33,034 nt of DNA, from assembly GCF_001194135.2 (NCBI RefSeq), contig NC_068998.1, positions 12,050,724 through 12,083,757 on the forward strand, in the 5' to 3' direction. This document shows positions 11,701 to 22,743 of the stretch, piece after piece. The notes under the pieces are model-generated. The model saw only the letters and a program-made list of their open reading frames with translations. It made no database searches and had not been told where the DNA came from. Each line of letters starts with the position of its first letter. Position 1 is the stretch's first letter. Source of the stretch: Octopus bimaculoides. Taxonomy: Eukaryota. The translations under genes were made by a program, and so were the position numbers.

Positions 11701-11744
11701 CTCACTGTTAGATGTACTATCCCACTCAAACTGTTTATGGAATA
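11701..11744 (-). CDS. Candidate 44-nt internal exon of an unidentified host gene
   Basis: Minus strand TGCTTTCTCTATGCTGTTAG|TATT...GTGAG|GTAATG. Two frames are open (YSINSLSGIVHLTV or FHKQFEWDSTSNSE). Splice signals only. Confidence 0.2.
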
Positions 11745-12330
11745 CTAACAGCATAGAGAAAGCAAGTCAAAATAGTTATATGCACAACATATGTATCTGC
11801 ACAACATATGTATATGTATGTGTAACATATCCCCCTACCAGATACATCAGAACATGATGTCACATTTGAGGAGAGATAGAAGTATTATTAACCAGACTGG
11901 ATTAATTTACTAACTTTTTTATTTTGTTTCTCTTTGGGATACCATTAGTTTTCCAAATGTCAAACGACCAGATAGTTATATCCTCTCATGAATGGTGACC
12001 CAATATGCTCAGCAGAATCCTTGCTTGATCTCGTCAACATGTTGCTCATAGAACAACTTTATCCAACTCAGGGCAACAAAGCTCAAGTCAAGAGCTTTGT
12101 TTCACACTAACCATGAAAGTGTTAAGTGCATACCATAAACAAATGGTGAAACCAGGAGTGGTTCAGGAACTGGATTCAATCCTCTGTACTGTATTCCTCA
12201 TCATGAGGAGAGCAGACAACAGTAGTCATCTGAGAGCTAACACATACAACCAAAGTCTTGATTGCAGGTCACAGCCAGGCATCAGGCCAAAGAATTACAT
12301 TCAGCAACCATTGTAGTTTCTTGCTGCTAT

Positions 12331-12548
12331 CTAGTTGGCATTATGAAGGGCATCCAGCCATAGAAACTATGCCAGTAGAAATTGGATGAAGGAAGCATCG
12401 TATCCGAAGAAAGCAATAACAAACAAGAACTAACTTGAACTGTGATGACCAGTCAACTCATACCAGTGTGGAAAGCTGTTGTAAAGTGATGACAGTGATG
12501 ATGATGATGGTGATGATGATGATGGTGATGGTGATGATGACTGATGAT
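12331..12548 (+). mobile_element. RTE-type LINE/SINE 3' tail ending in (GAT)n
   Basis: TTGGCATTATGAAGGGCATCCAGCCATAGAAA is homologous to 15797-15828, followed by a (GAT)n tail. Confidence 0.65.
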
Positions 12549-12576
12549 GTTAATTTTATGGAGCAGACAGCAACGA

Positions 12577-12853
12577 GGTAAAACTGAAAGAAGCTCATCG
12601 TATATGTATATGTGTATGTATGTTTGCATGCGGGTGTGTGTGTGTGTGTTTTCTTTTTTTAATGAAATAGTTGTAAATGAGCATCACCATCATACAAGCA
12701 GTGTTATTCATTTTGAGGCTTCCATGTCCAGCAATGGGGAAATATTACCATGCTTGGAGACGAATGAGAGTCGGCAACAGAATGGACATCCAGTTGTAGA
12801 AAATGAACCTCGTGCAAGCATGGATATTTGGGTATTGAAACAATACTGATGAT
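12577..12853 (+). mobile_element. SINE family A, tail type 2 (RTE-like), 5'-truncated
   Basis: AAACTGAAAGAAGC (end of the family A head), then a (TG)n linker, then a body homologous to 18680-18931, ending GATGAT. Confidence 0.7.
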
Positions 12854-12854
12854 A

Positions 12855-13370
12855 CATACATACATACTCACACACACATTCATAGAAAGAGAGAGAGAGA
12901 GAGAGAGAGATAGCGATACATACAAAAATACATACATACGTACATACATGCATACATACAGACAGACAGATACATACATACTCACACATACACATAGAGA
13001 GCGATATATATATACATACAAAAATACATACATAAATACATACACATACATACATACATACATACAAACATGCATACATACATACATACATGCATACATA
13101 CAGACAGATACATACATATGCATACATACTCACACACACACACACATAGAGAGAGATATATACATACAAAAATACATACATAAATTCATACACACATACA
13201 TGCATACATACATACATGCATGCATGCATACATACATACATACATACATATACATACACACACACATATATACATACATACATACATACACACATACATG
13301 CATACATACATACATACACACACACATACATACATACATACATACATACATGCACACATATAGACACATG
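12855..13370. repeat. (TACA)n/(CA)n/(GA)n compound microsatellite with higher-order repetition
   Basis: Direct. Confidence 0.95.
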
Positions 13371-13914
13371 GAGCATGTACCATGTACTACTCATTCAACC
13401 CATACTTTCACTTGTAACTATTAAGCGATGATAACAAAATCTTAAAAGGCAAAAGAGCTGCTAATATGCGGATGACCTTCTTACATCTTTCACTGACATT
13501 TTCTCAGATCTACTTAAATTAAAAGAGTTGCAAATGAATTAATTAATAAATCAATAAAGTATTAAATAAAGCAATTTTAATTAATTAATTAAAATACATA
13601 AACAAATTGAACTTAATTAATTAATCAACAAACGAAAATATAGCAATTGAAAATTTTTAATGAAATATTCTGACAAATACAGGAATCTGTTTTATGTATT
13701 TAAAGAGATGTTTTCTGTTGGTAGCTTTGTTCTCTGACAGCAGGGAACCGAGGTTCAAATCCTATTGGATCTTTGCTTTATTTCTTTCTTCTTGGTATTT
13801 TCTACTTATTTGTTCCTATTAACATTGACTGACTGCTTCTTAAAATTCAGATGTTTGCATGACATGATGGGAGAAATATTTCATGGAAATATATTCTTCC
13901 TCATACCAATCACA

Positions 13915-13920
13915 CACAAC

Positions 13921-13953
<33 letters not shown>

Positions 13954-14138
13954 TGTGCCTGTGTCTTGTATACTTGTGTGTAGAGGTGTGTTTGAGATTT
14001 TGTTCTCATAATCTAAGATGATGCAACCAAGTTGCACAAATATGCTTCTCAAATCTAGCATGGTTCAGCTTGCATGCATACAGGCACACACATATACACA
14101 CAAAATACATACTCACTTGCTCACACACACATATATAT

Positions 14139-14171
<33 letters not shown>

Positions 14172-14181
14172 NNNNNNNNNN

Positions 14182-14221
<40 letters not shown>

Positions 14222-14290
14222 GTGTGCATATACATAGTACACACAAATATGCATGCATAAATATATACATATATCCACATATATTCATTA
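13915..14290. repeat. (CA)n and (TA)n microsatellites with a 10-N gap
   Basis: Direct. Confidence 0.9.
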
Positions 14291-14795
14291 TGTATACATT
14301 TCCTAGAGATTCTTGATTACATTCAAGGATGACACCTATCCAATAGACAAGCCTTCACTTATCAACAACCAATTAGCCAACTAATGTGATGAACTTTCTC
14401 TCTCTCCCTCTCTCTCTTTCCTCTCTTTCTCAGTCCTTTTCATTCTTTATCTTTCTCACTGCCTCTCTGTTTCACACACCTCTCTCTTTCTCCCTCTCTC
14501 CTCCATTGTTACTATAATACTCTCTGCTTTCCTACACCTACCAATTCCTCCTCCTCTCACCCTATAGTCTTTTTACAAAATATTTTACCAAATTCTTTTT
14601 CCTTAGAACTGCCAAATACTTGTTCTTGAGAAATCCCTAGTCAGGCTATGCTTGATCTGCAACAAAACCTTGTGCACTGCTCATCTCTCACAGACTAAAG
14701 AAAAAATAAAAGATTTATTTAGTAAATATCTTACCAGTTGTTAGGTTTGATCATGAGAACTTTGGGATAGTGCTTATCTTAACATGTCACATTGT

Positions 14796-15180
14796 GAAGG
14801 CGCAATGGCCCAGTGGTTAGGGCAGCGGACTCGCGGTCGTAGGATCGCGGTTCCAATTCCCAGACCGGGCGTTGTGAGTGTTTATTGTGCGAAAACACCT
14901 AAAGCTCCACGAGGCTCCGGCAGGGGATGGTGGCGAACCCTGCCGTACTCTTTCACCACAACATTCTCTCACTCTTACTTCCTGTTTCTGTTGTGCCTGT
15001 AATTCAAAGGGTCAGCCTTGTCACACTCTGTGTCACGCTGAATCTCCCCGAGAACTACGTTAAGGGTACACGTGTCTGTGGAGTGCTCAGCCACTTGCAC
15101 GTTAATTTCACAAGCAGACTGTTCCGTTGATCGGATCAACTGGAATCCTCGACGTCGTTAGTGACGGAGTGCCAACAACA
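14796..15180 (+). mobile_element. SINE family B, head type 2, full length (385 bp) with a 16-bp TSD
   Basis: tRNA-like head with A box TGGCCCAGTGG and B-box-like GGTTCCAATTCC, CAACAACA tail, and perfect TSD TAACATGTCACATTGT at 14780-14795 and 15181-15196. Confidence 0.92.
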
Positions 15181-15559
15181 TAACATGTCACATTGTTGGG
15201 CCTAATTCTAATGTGGACATCTAGAAAATTCATCAAAGGAAGACAATAACTAAACAACAACAGCAGTTTTCATCAAACCCCAGTACAGTTATTATCTTTC
15301 TTAATTATTGTATCAAACTTGCATTTAAAAAGCTTCCTAGACAACATAGAATTTACAATGATGGCACCACAAGCTTCTCCTAGGCTTTCACTTTTGCCTT
15401 TACCTTCATCACTAGATTCGTCTTTTTTTCCATCTTGTTCTCTCTTTCCGTCTTTCTGCCTCCTTTTCTAGTCCTTATAGGACATTATTTTCCATTAGTA
15501 TTACTTTTACACATCTTGTCCTAATGTTATCTCAAAGCCATATGGTCCTTTATTTTAGG

Positions 15560-15890
15560 GAACCTGTGGACGAGGTAGACTTTGGAAGATATGAGATGAG
15601 GCGGTGAAGCATGATCTTCAGATGTTGAGTCTCAGGGAGATGATGACAAGTGATGAAGACCTCTGGTGATTTGTTGTGCTTGAGAAGACACGTCAAGCCA
15701 AGTGAAATGGTAATCCTGGACTGCGCTGGTGACTCTTGAAAGGCACCCAAGCTGGTGACACATGAAAAGCACCCATGCACTATATTCTTGGAGTGGTTGG
15801 TGTTAGGAAGGGCATCCAGCCGTAGAAATCAAGTTAAATCGGACTGCAACCTGGTACAGCTCTCAGATTTACAATTCCCAGTCAAAACTG
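15560..15890 (+). mobile_element. RTE-clade LINE 3' end (ORF C-terminus and 3' UTR)
   Basis: Translation TCGRGRLWKI*DEAVKHDLQMLSLREMMTSDEDLW*FVVLEKTRQAK* fits the RTE C-terminal pattern GRPRKTW..V..DL..L...DR..W. The UTR contains GGAAGGGCATCCAGCCGTAGAAA. Confidence 0.75.
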
Positions 15891-16230
15891 AATGGAGCGC
15901 CACTGCATAGTGCCAAAGATCCCAGCATCACCATCAAAATGCAAGACCAGATGCTACATCAGCTTGGGTATCAAGGACCCAGAGCTTTCCAACGTCCTTC
16001 CAAAATGCCTGAGGAGACCTGCATGGTGTGGATGTAGGTGCAAAAGCAAAACTAGAGCTCCTCCTGTTAAGGGGGTTCCAGATGAGCCTATCTCATTGCA
16101 AGAAACATAGGCAAGAGCAGCAGCATCAAACTCCCTCATTCACCAAATGCCACATGTCAGGGGAGGCTTCAAGTAATGGTGTAGCACAGCCAACGGTGGT
16201 GCTCCAGCATGGCCGCAGCTTTAAAGAATA
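15891..16230 (+). mobile_element. CR1-group LINE 3' end (ORF2 C-terminus and 3' UTR)
   Basis: Translation RHCIVPKIP..SLGIKDPELSNVLPKCLR / DLHGVDVG / GVPDEPIS..ARAAASNSLIHQ fits the CR1-group tail GPRLFN.LP..LR...VPDEP...SNSL. Confidence 0.75.
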
Positions 16231-16275
16231 TATTATATATATATACACACACGTTTCTGCGTCGTAATTCCTTTA

Positions 16276-16279
<4 letters not shown>

Positions 16280-16321
<42 letters not shown>

Positions 16322-16729
16322 ACAAAGATGTACATACACACATGTAGGTATGTGTAGAAAAATAGATAGATGAACAGACAGGTAGACTGATAAACAGAAA
16401 GATAACCAGTGTGATACATTAGATAGATTGGTGAACAGATAAGCAGATAGATCCATTAACATATTTAGATGTAATCATAAACAGTAATTAGCATGTTGTC
16501 ACAAACAAAATATGAATACTCAACAAATACAGTAGAATGAAATATTGAAATATTTTATTGAATTGTAATACATATATTTAGCCCAATCTTTCATAAATTC
16601 AAATTTAAAGAACAGAAGAAAGATCTTGTTGTAGTACTTAAAAGATGGAAGACACACACACACAAGCACACATATCACACACACACACACACACATACAC
16701 ACGTGCGCGTGCACACTTATCCGCACATG

Positions 16730-16766
<37 letters not shown>

Positions 16767-17150
16767 GCATACAAATACATACATGTAGAGATAGATAGAT
16801 AGATAGATAGATATATGTATATATTCATATATATGTGTGTGTGTGTATATATACACACATATATGTATATATACCTGCATATATATTCATATATATATAT
16901 ATATACATACACACATACACGCACATGCACACTCACACAAGCATAACGAAAGTGTACTCAATACTGAATTTAGAGTAAATAACATTCAAACTCTTAGATT
17001 TTACGCCATTGTTACTCTAAGTAGAAATGTGAGACTCAGAGTAAAAAAAAAAATGCGAAATGTCAGTTTTATTAATCATTGTTATGTGTGAGCATGCGCA
17101 CGTGCGCGCGTGTGTGTGTGTGTGTGTGTGTGTGTGAGAGTGTGTGTAAT
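16280..17150. repeat. Interspersed (TA)n/(CA)n/(GATA)n/(TG)n microsatellites
   Basis: Direct, with short unique spacers. Confidence 0.85.
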
Positions 17151-17417
17151 TTTCTGTCATGCTGGCTGATAAATTCTTCTTAAGATTGAATTTCATTAAG
17201 CACCTTTTCTATGTTATCAATTGTCCGGACTAATATATCATAGACCTACAAAATAAAGAAGATATTCATAGTAAAATTGCCCAAGATTGTATTGTACTTG
17301 GTTAAGTCATATTAAGTTCCAAAATCTGTAAGTATGTTTTTGTCTTGTAGAAAGAACTTTACGCTATAAAGCAAAGATGGTGAGAGAAAAACGCATGGTT
17401 ACTAAACGTGTTTCTTC

Positions 17418-17762
<345 letters not shown>

Positions 17763-17840
17763 CATTTGCCATATTTCATTCCATATCATGATGACGGCAG
17801 TGGTAGTGGGAGAAGAGGTGGTGGAGGCAGAGGTATCCAT

Positions 17841-17924
17841 GGCAGCAGCAGAGGCACCTGTGGCAGCGGCGGAGGCACCTGTGGCAGCGGCGGAGGCACC
17901 CGTGACAGTGATGGAGGCATAGGT
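17841..17924. repeat. GC-rich 21-bp minisatellite, about 4 units
   Basis: GGCAGC(A/G)GC(A/G)GAGGCACC(T/C)GT at 17841, 17862 and 17883, with a degenerate unit at 17904. Confidence 0.8.
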
Positions 17925-18094
17925 GCAGGCACAGGCACAGGTGGAGGTGCAGGCACAGGTGACAATGCTAATGATCATCATCATCATCATCATAGGGATG
18001 ATGGTTATGATGATAATGATGGTGATGATCGCCTCATTCTCAGAAAACAGAATTGGAATCTTCTTTTTGTAATGTTAAATTCCTTTGATTGACA

Positions 18095-18405
18095 AATACC
18101 AACCAAAGTTTAGTATTTGTCAAAATATTCTAAAATGGTTGAACCATTTGTAGAATTACAAAAGAAAAATATTGAATTTACTTGGACAAAATGTTCAACA
18201 AATGCAGTCAAGAATTTCAAAAATGCAATTTGTGAAAAATCCTGTTTTGAGACTACTTGATGCCAACAAAGACTTCATATTGACAACTAATGAGAGTGAG
18301 TATTCTATATCAGGAATTTTATTACAGGAAAACCAAGCAGTGTTGTGTTATATTTCATCAAAGAGGTTAACGCCTGCTGAATGTCATCATTCAAATATTT
18401 GTAAA
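18095..18405 (+). pseudogene. pol: Ty3/gypsy pol fragment (RT connection and RNase H N-terminus)
   Basis: KMVEPFVELQKKNIEFTWTKCSTNAVKNFKNAICE / PVLRLLDANKDFILTTNESEYSISGILLQ..YISSKRLTPAECHHS matches the gypsy pattern F.W.....AF..LK..L...PVL...D....F.L.TDAS...IGAVL.Q...Y.SK.L..AE.NYS. The catalytic Asp is altered and there is a frameshift. Confidence 0.85.
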
Positions 18406-18409
18406 AAAT

Positions 18410-18931
18410 GCAAGCATGGATGTGTGGTTAAGAAGCTTGCTTCTCCAACCATGAGGTTTCGGGTTCAGTTCCACTGTGCAGCACCTTGGGCAAGTGTCTT
18501 CTACCATAGCACCGGGCTGACCCAAAGCTTTATAAGTGGATTCAGTAAACAGAAACAAAAGGAAGTGGATGCAAGGAGCAGACAGCAGTTTGCTGTCTTC
18601 TCCATATGTCAACTTCTCTAATAAAATCATCACCACACCATCACCACACCATCCTCATCACCATCATCATGTGTGCGTGTGTGCATGTGTACTATTGTTC
18701 TCGACATCAAGTGAGGGCTGTAAATGAGCATTATCACCATCAGAGCAAGGACATTGATTTCCAGTCTTCCAGGCAAAGCATATCTAGCCAATGAAGAAAG
18801 ATATCACCTTGCTTGGAAACAGGTGAGGATTGGCAATAGGAAGAGTATCCAGTCATAGAAAATCTGCCTCACTAAATGCCAACTGACCCATGCAAGCATA
18901 GAAAAAGTGGACCACAAACGTTAATGATGAT
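18410..18931 (+). mobile_element. SINE family A, tail type 2 (RTE-like), near full length
   Basis: Family A head (GTGTGGTTAAGAAGCTTGC...CCTTGGGCAAGTGTCTTCTAC), a (CAT/CAC)/(TG) middle, and tail GGAAGAGTATCCAGTCATAGAAAATCTGCC...CCCATGCAAGCAT...GATGAT. Confidence 0.8.
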
Positions 18932-18963
18932 AAACTGAATGAAAATTAATTAAACACAGACAC

Positions 18964-18994
<31 letters not shown>

Positions 18995-21089
18995 AACACA
19001 CACACATACATGAAGAGGAGGTGGGGTTCTGGGAAGGGGAAGAGGGCGGAAAATGGAGGAGGAGAGGGAGGATGAAGGAGGGAAGGAGGAGAGGGGAGGA
19101 TTAGAGGAGGGGAAGAAGAAGAAGAAAAAGAAGAAGATAAGAATGTGGAGCTACTGTTGTCTTTTCTTTGCTTCTTAATTATTATTTTAATTAGATTTTT
19201 GATGCTCACCACATTAATAGGTTAACAGGATCGGGGCTAACCCAGGGTTAAATTATGACAACAGCGACAACAGTGATGATGACAACATCATTAAAGCAAA
19301 AAAATATTTACCTCTATGTACATCTTTTTTGCCCGAATTCTAATCACTTCCGGATTGTAACTGCTATCAGTTGTCAGTGTTCTCCGATGCTGCTTGAAAA
19401 TATTTTTAATCACAAATTAATTAACAAACAATAACATTAGGGAACAATTTAATTAATAAAGCAATATTTTTTAATTATTTGATTAGAGATGCTATAGTAA
19501 CAAACTTTTGCTGAGGTAAAAACTGAAGAAATGCAGACATTAACAGCCAAGACAGTCTGATATGTGACTCTTGTGTAATTACATTTTTGATATATCTCCT
19601 CTCCAGCGGACAAAAGAACTTCTACATGGTCACTGGACTTACTAGAAATGGTAGCTACATCCATCTCAAATCATGCATTCCAGTGCATGAGACATTTTGG
19701 CACCATCTATTTGGCACTGCCTATTTGACACTGCCTAAGACAGTATTATGCAAATAGAATCTGTGAAAAGATTCTGAATTTGTAAGAGGTAGAGGTTCTT
19801 TTAATAAAATTTGATAAAAATTTATTTTATAAAACAAAAGCTATTCACCATTTTCAAAATAGTAAGCTATTATGTTTTTTTTTTTGTGTGTTTTTTATAC
19901 ATTGATAAATTCTTTCTCCCTAAAAGAATTTTTGTCCTCATTTAATGTCTTATTAAAATTTTTATAGTTTATGAACCACCTCTTATGAACAGAGGTGGTT
20001 CATAATCTATTGAAAAGATTTCCAGGATTTTTGGAAAATTATAAAATGGATTCTATGCCAAATTAGGTTTGGAAACTACTGATCTGATCCAATCTAATGT
20101 ATAAAAATAAAACAACAATAACAACAATAGTAATGATGATGATGATGATGATAATGATGATGATAATAATAATAATAATAATTATAAGTCTCTGAGGTTA
20201 ATTAGAGATGCCACTTGCACTAATGTTTCTCAGCTACTAATGTACAACATTGTTCATCAACTTAACTATTTCACTCATCAATATTTTAGCAAATTCTCCC
20301 ACTTGAGTTAAATAATATTAGTTATAGTCATTGAGCTAATGTCATCTTTCTCTCATCCCATAATTATTTTTAATTAACTTTTTGCAGGGCTTGTTACATT
20401 AAATGTGTTAACCCTATCATGCAGATGGCATCTCTGAGTAATTAACCTTGGTCGTCTTTTTAATTTTATCATAAAAAAAACTTTTCTGTAATGCATTTAT
20501 TTTTCACACGTACTTGTACACATTATATGGTTACTACATTAACAAATACAGTGAAGACTATGTTGAGCTGATGAGGCTTAAATAAGACCAAAACAGATTT
20601 GGAGTTGTCTACATACTGTGAAATACAGCCTCCTGACACCAACACAGCTCCAACATTCAAGTCAGTAGCTACGAATCCATAGGCCAGCCCAGCAAGCCAA
20701 CTTGCTTAGAGAGGAAGAAGTAGTCATACTGGGCTATTTGTCTTGTGTAATGTGGTTCTTTGTCACTTGGGCTCACTTCAACTGGTCACATTGTATTTTT
20801 AAATCGACAGCCTTCATAGCCAACTTCACACTTAGTCTTCGTAGCAAACATCACACTGACTATTTTTGTTGATCTTGCTAACACTGGCATCATGCCAACG
20901 TTTCATCACTCCACTTGAAAACTTCAGAGCTTCCCTAACATACCTCTGTTAGTCTCTCTTGCAGTGTAAGCTTTCTTTTCGACTTCGTTGAAAGATTTAA
21001 TGTCTTCTACAAAATCCTGACAGACATATTGCAATTCTGACTCAACATTTATTTCTTGCTTTGAATCTGGAACTGTAGCCCACCTGGAA

Positions 21090-22158
21090 ACTTTCTGTGC
21101 TAGACCTTACATATGACTCAAATTCCAGAGCTCAAGCCAGTGCCTCTTGCATAGTAATTGGCTGTGTCTGCTTCAATTGAACTTTGAGCTCTGCACTACC
21201 TAGAGTGTCAATAAACTGCTCTTTCAGAAAAAGAGCCAAGAGGTCAGGTGTTGCTGTAGGGTATGCTTTATGTACCATGCTCTCCAGATCTTGGGCAAGC
21301 TGTTATAGTGACTCCCCTCTAGCCCTTACACGGGTCTGAAATTGTGCCCTGTACTCTTCACTCTGGTACATAATGCTATACCTTCTCTGTAACACTACAA
21401 CTAGTGAAGAATACCAGCTGCTGTCCTCCACTGACCACTGGCTAAGCACCTCTAATGTAGCTCCCTTTAGACTAGTAGCAAGTTGAACTGTTCTTTGTTT
21501 ATCCTACCATCCATTCTGATCAGCAAGCAGCACAAACTAGGCACAATAGGCCTCCCATGACACTTTGCTGTCAAATTCTTGTGGCTTCTTCTTAATGGGA
21601 CCTCTACCGTAGCCTCACACTTTGCTAGATTGGAGCCTAAATACTTGAGCCTCATGATTCCATCCAGGATCCAAAACTGCCTCCTAACCACCAGCAGGCA
21701 CACCCACTCCTGAAAGAACACCTCTGGAGGTTTGGCCATTTTCAAAATCCAATACATGTCATCCACCATTTCTGCACACTCTCTGCACATCAGCCTGAGG
21801 CTCAGCAATACAAAACTCTTCTATTGCCTCCATTCTCTCATTAAACATTTTCAACTGTTCATCTACATGTTGCTTACACCATGTAATATCGTCACTCACC
21901 TCCTATCTGTAATGCTGTAATTCTTCACATACCTTTTTCCTGAACTGTTGTTGTTCCTCTTGCAACTGCTGTTGATCCTTCTCCATTCTTCTCACGAACG
22001 TGTCCAGCTGTCCCGAAGACATGTGAGCCGTGCTTTCTGCTCTTCCTTAATCTCAGTCAGTATATCACTTTGGTCCTGTAATATTTTCATAATTGCAGCC
22101 AGAGATACCTCTTCCTTCCCTGCCCCTCTCTCCTTGTGCGCACTTCTTCCAACTCCAT
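21090..22158 (-). pseudogene. gag: gypsy Gag (coiled-coil N-terminus and capsid-like region), disrupted
   Basis: KPQEFDSKVSWEAYCA*FVLLADQNGW*DKQRTVQLATSLKGATLEVL...LQRRY...RARGESL*QLAQDLESMVHKAYP...EQFIDTL...PITMQEALA*ALEFES is a recognisable gypsy Gag pattern. Multiple stops and frameshifts. Confidence 0.85.
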
Positions 22159-22188
22159 AGCAAATAATTGATTCACTGCAGCAATAAA

Positions 22189-22207
22189 AATCTCACTTCT
22201 GTCACCA
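22189..22207 (-). promoter_or_regulatory. Primer-binding site complementary to the tRNA-Leu 3' end
   Basis: Minus strand TGGTGACAGAAGTGAGATT lies 2 nt after the LTR-terminal CA. It is 17/19 identical to the complement of the vertebrate-type tRNA-Leu(CAA) 3' end AATCCCACTTCTGACACCA, recalled rather than searched. Confidence 0.75.
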
Positions 22208-22634
22208 AATGTTGTGAAATGCAACCTCCTGACACCAACACAGCTCCAACAGTTAAATCATTAGCTAGGAAACCACAGTCCAGTCCAGTAAGCCAACTTG
22301 CTTGGAGAGGAAGAAGTAGTTGTACCTAGCTATTTGTCTTGTGAAATGTGGTTCTTCGTCGCTCGGGTTCACTTTCACTGTCTTCCTAACCAACTTCGCA
22401 CTGATTATCCCTTTTACCATTTGTTTACACAGCCACCTTCACACACTGCATTCTTTATGCCACCAACTTCACACTCCGTGTCCTTTACATCACCAACTGA
22501 AACTGCATGTTCCTTTACCAGTTCAAATCATCCACCTCACAGCAAAAATGCACAGAACAAAGAAAAACGTGTCACATGCTTCGAATTAGTCACATAATTA
22601 ATAATGTTATTTCCCCTTTGTTAAATGATACAAT

Positions 22635-22743
22635 ATTGGCAATATGAAGGGCATCAAACTGTGGAATATAACTCCTCAACAAATTCCCTCCAGCCTGTAC
22701 AAGCATGGAAAAATAGCCGTTAAAATGATGATGGTGGTGATGA
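22635..22743 (+). mobile_element. RTE-like tail fragment (same as SINE A tail type 2)
   Basis: TTGGCAATATGAAGGGCATC...CCTCAACAAATTCC...CAAGCATGGAAAA...GTTAAAATGATGATG. Confidence 0.65.

Larger units (their letters stand above)
20614..22594 (-). mobile_element. Ty3/gypsy LTR retrotransposon, internally deleted and degenerate
   Basis: Ungapped direct repeat 20614-20784 vs 22210-22380 with 27 mismatches in 171 nt by hand count. tRNA-Leu-type PBS next to the upstream LTR. Gag remnant inside. Short integrase-downstream-like remnant (LQERLTEV / VREALKFSSGVMKRWHD) at ~20880-20970. The outer end at 22594 is approximate. Confidence 0.85.

Noticed and set aside
12000-12320. Possible degenerate RT segment (VKPGVVQE..ILCTVFLI)
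   Set aside because: Only a vague resemblance to the GVxQG motif. No downstream xADD/YxDD motif was found.
13540-13630. Dense TTAATTAA/TAAT cluster as homeodomain sites
   Set aside because: Low-complexity AT-rich sequence in which such words are expected by chance.
14796-14875. tRNA gene
   Set aside because: It has A/B boxes but no proper acceptor or anticodon stems. It is the head of a TSD-flanked SINE.
19010-19140. Polypurine GA-rich tract (also the polypyrimidine tract at 14395-14560) as triplex-forming elements
   Set aside because: Degenerate simple repeats common throughout this window, with no specific evidence of function.
20568-20620. Hammerhead ribozyme-like CTGATGAG-GCTTAAATAAGACC-AAAAC
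   Set aside because: The essential GAAA core reads AAAA, stems I and III are not convincing, and it is 13 kb from the PLE. At most a decayed relic.
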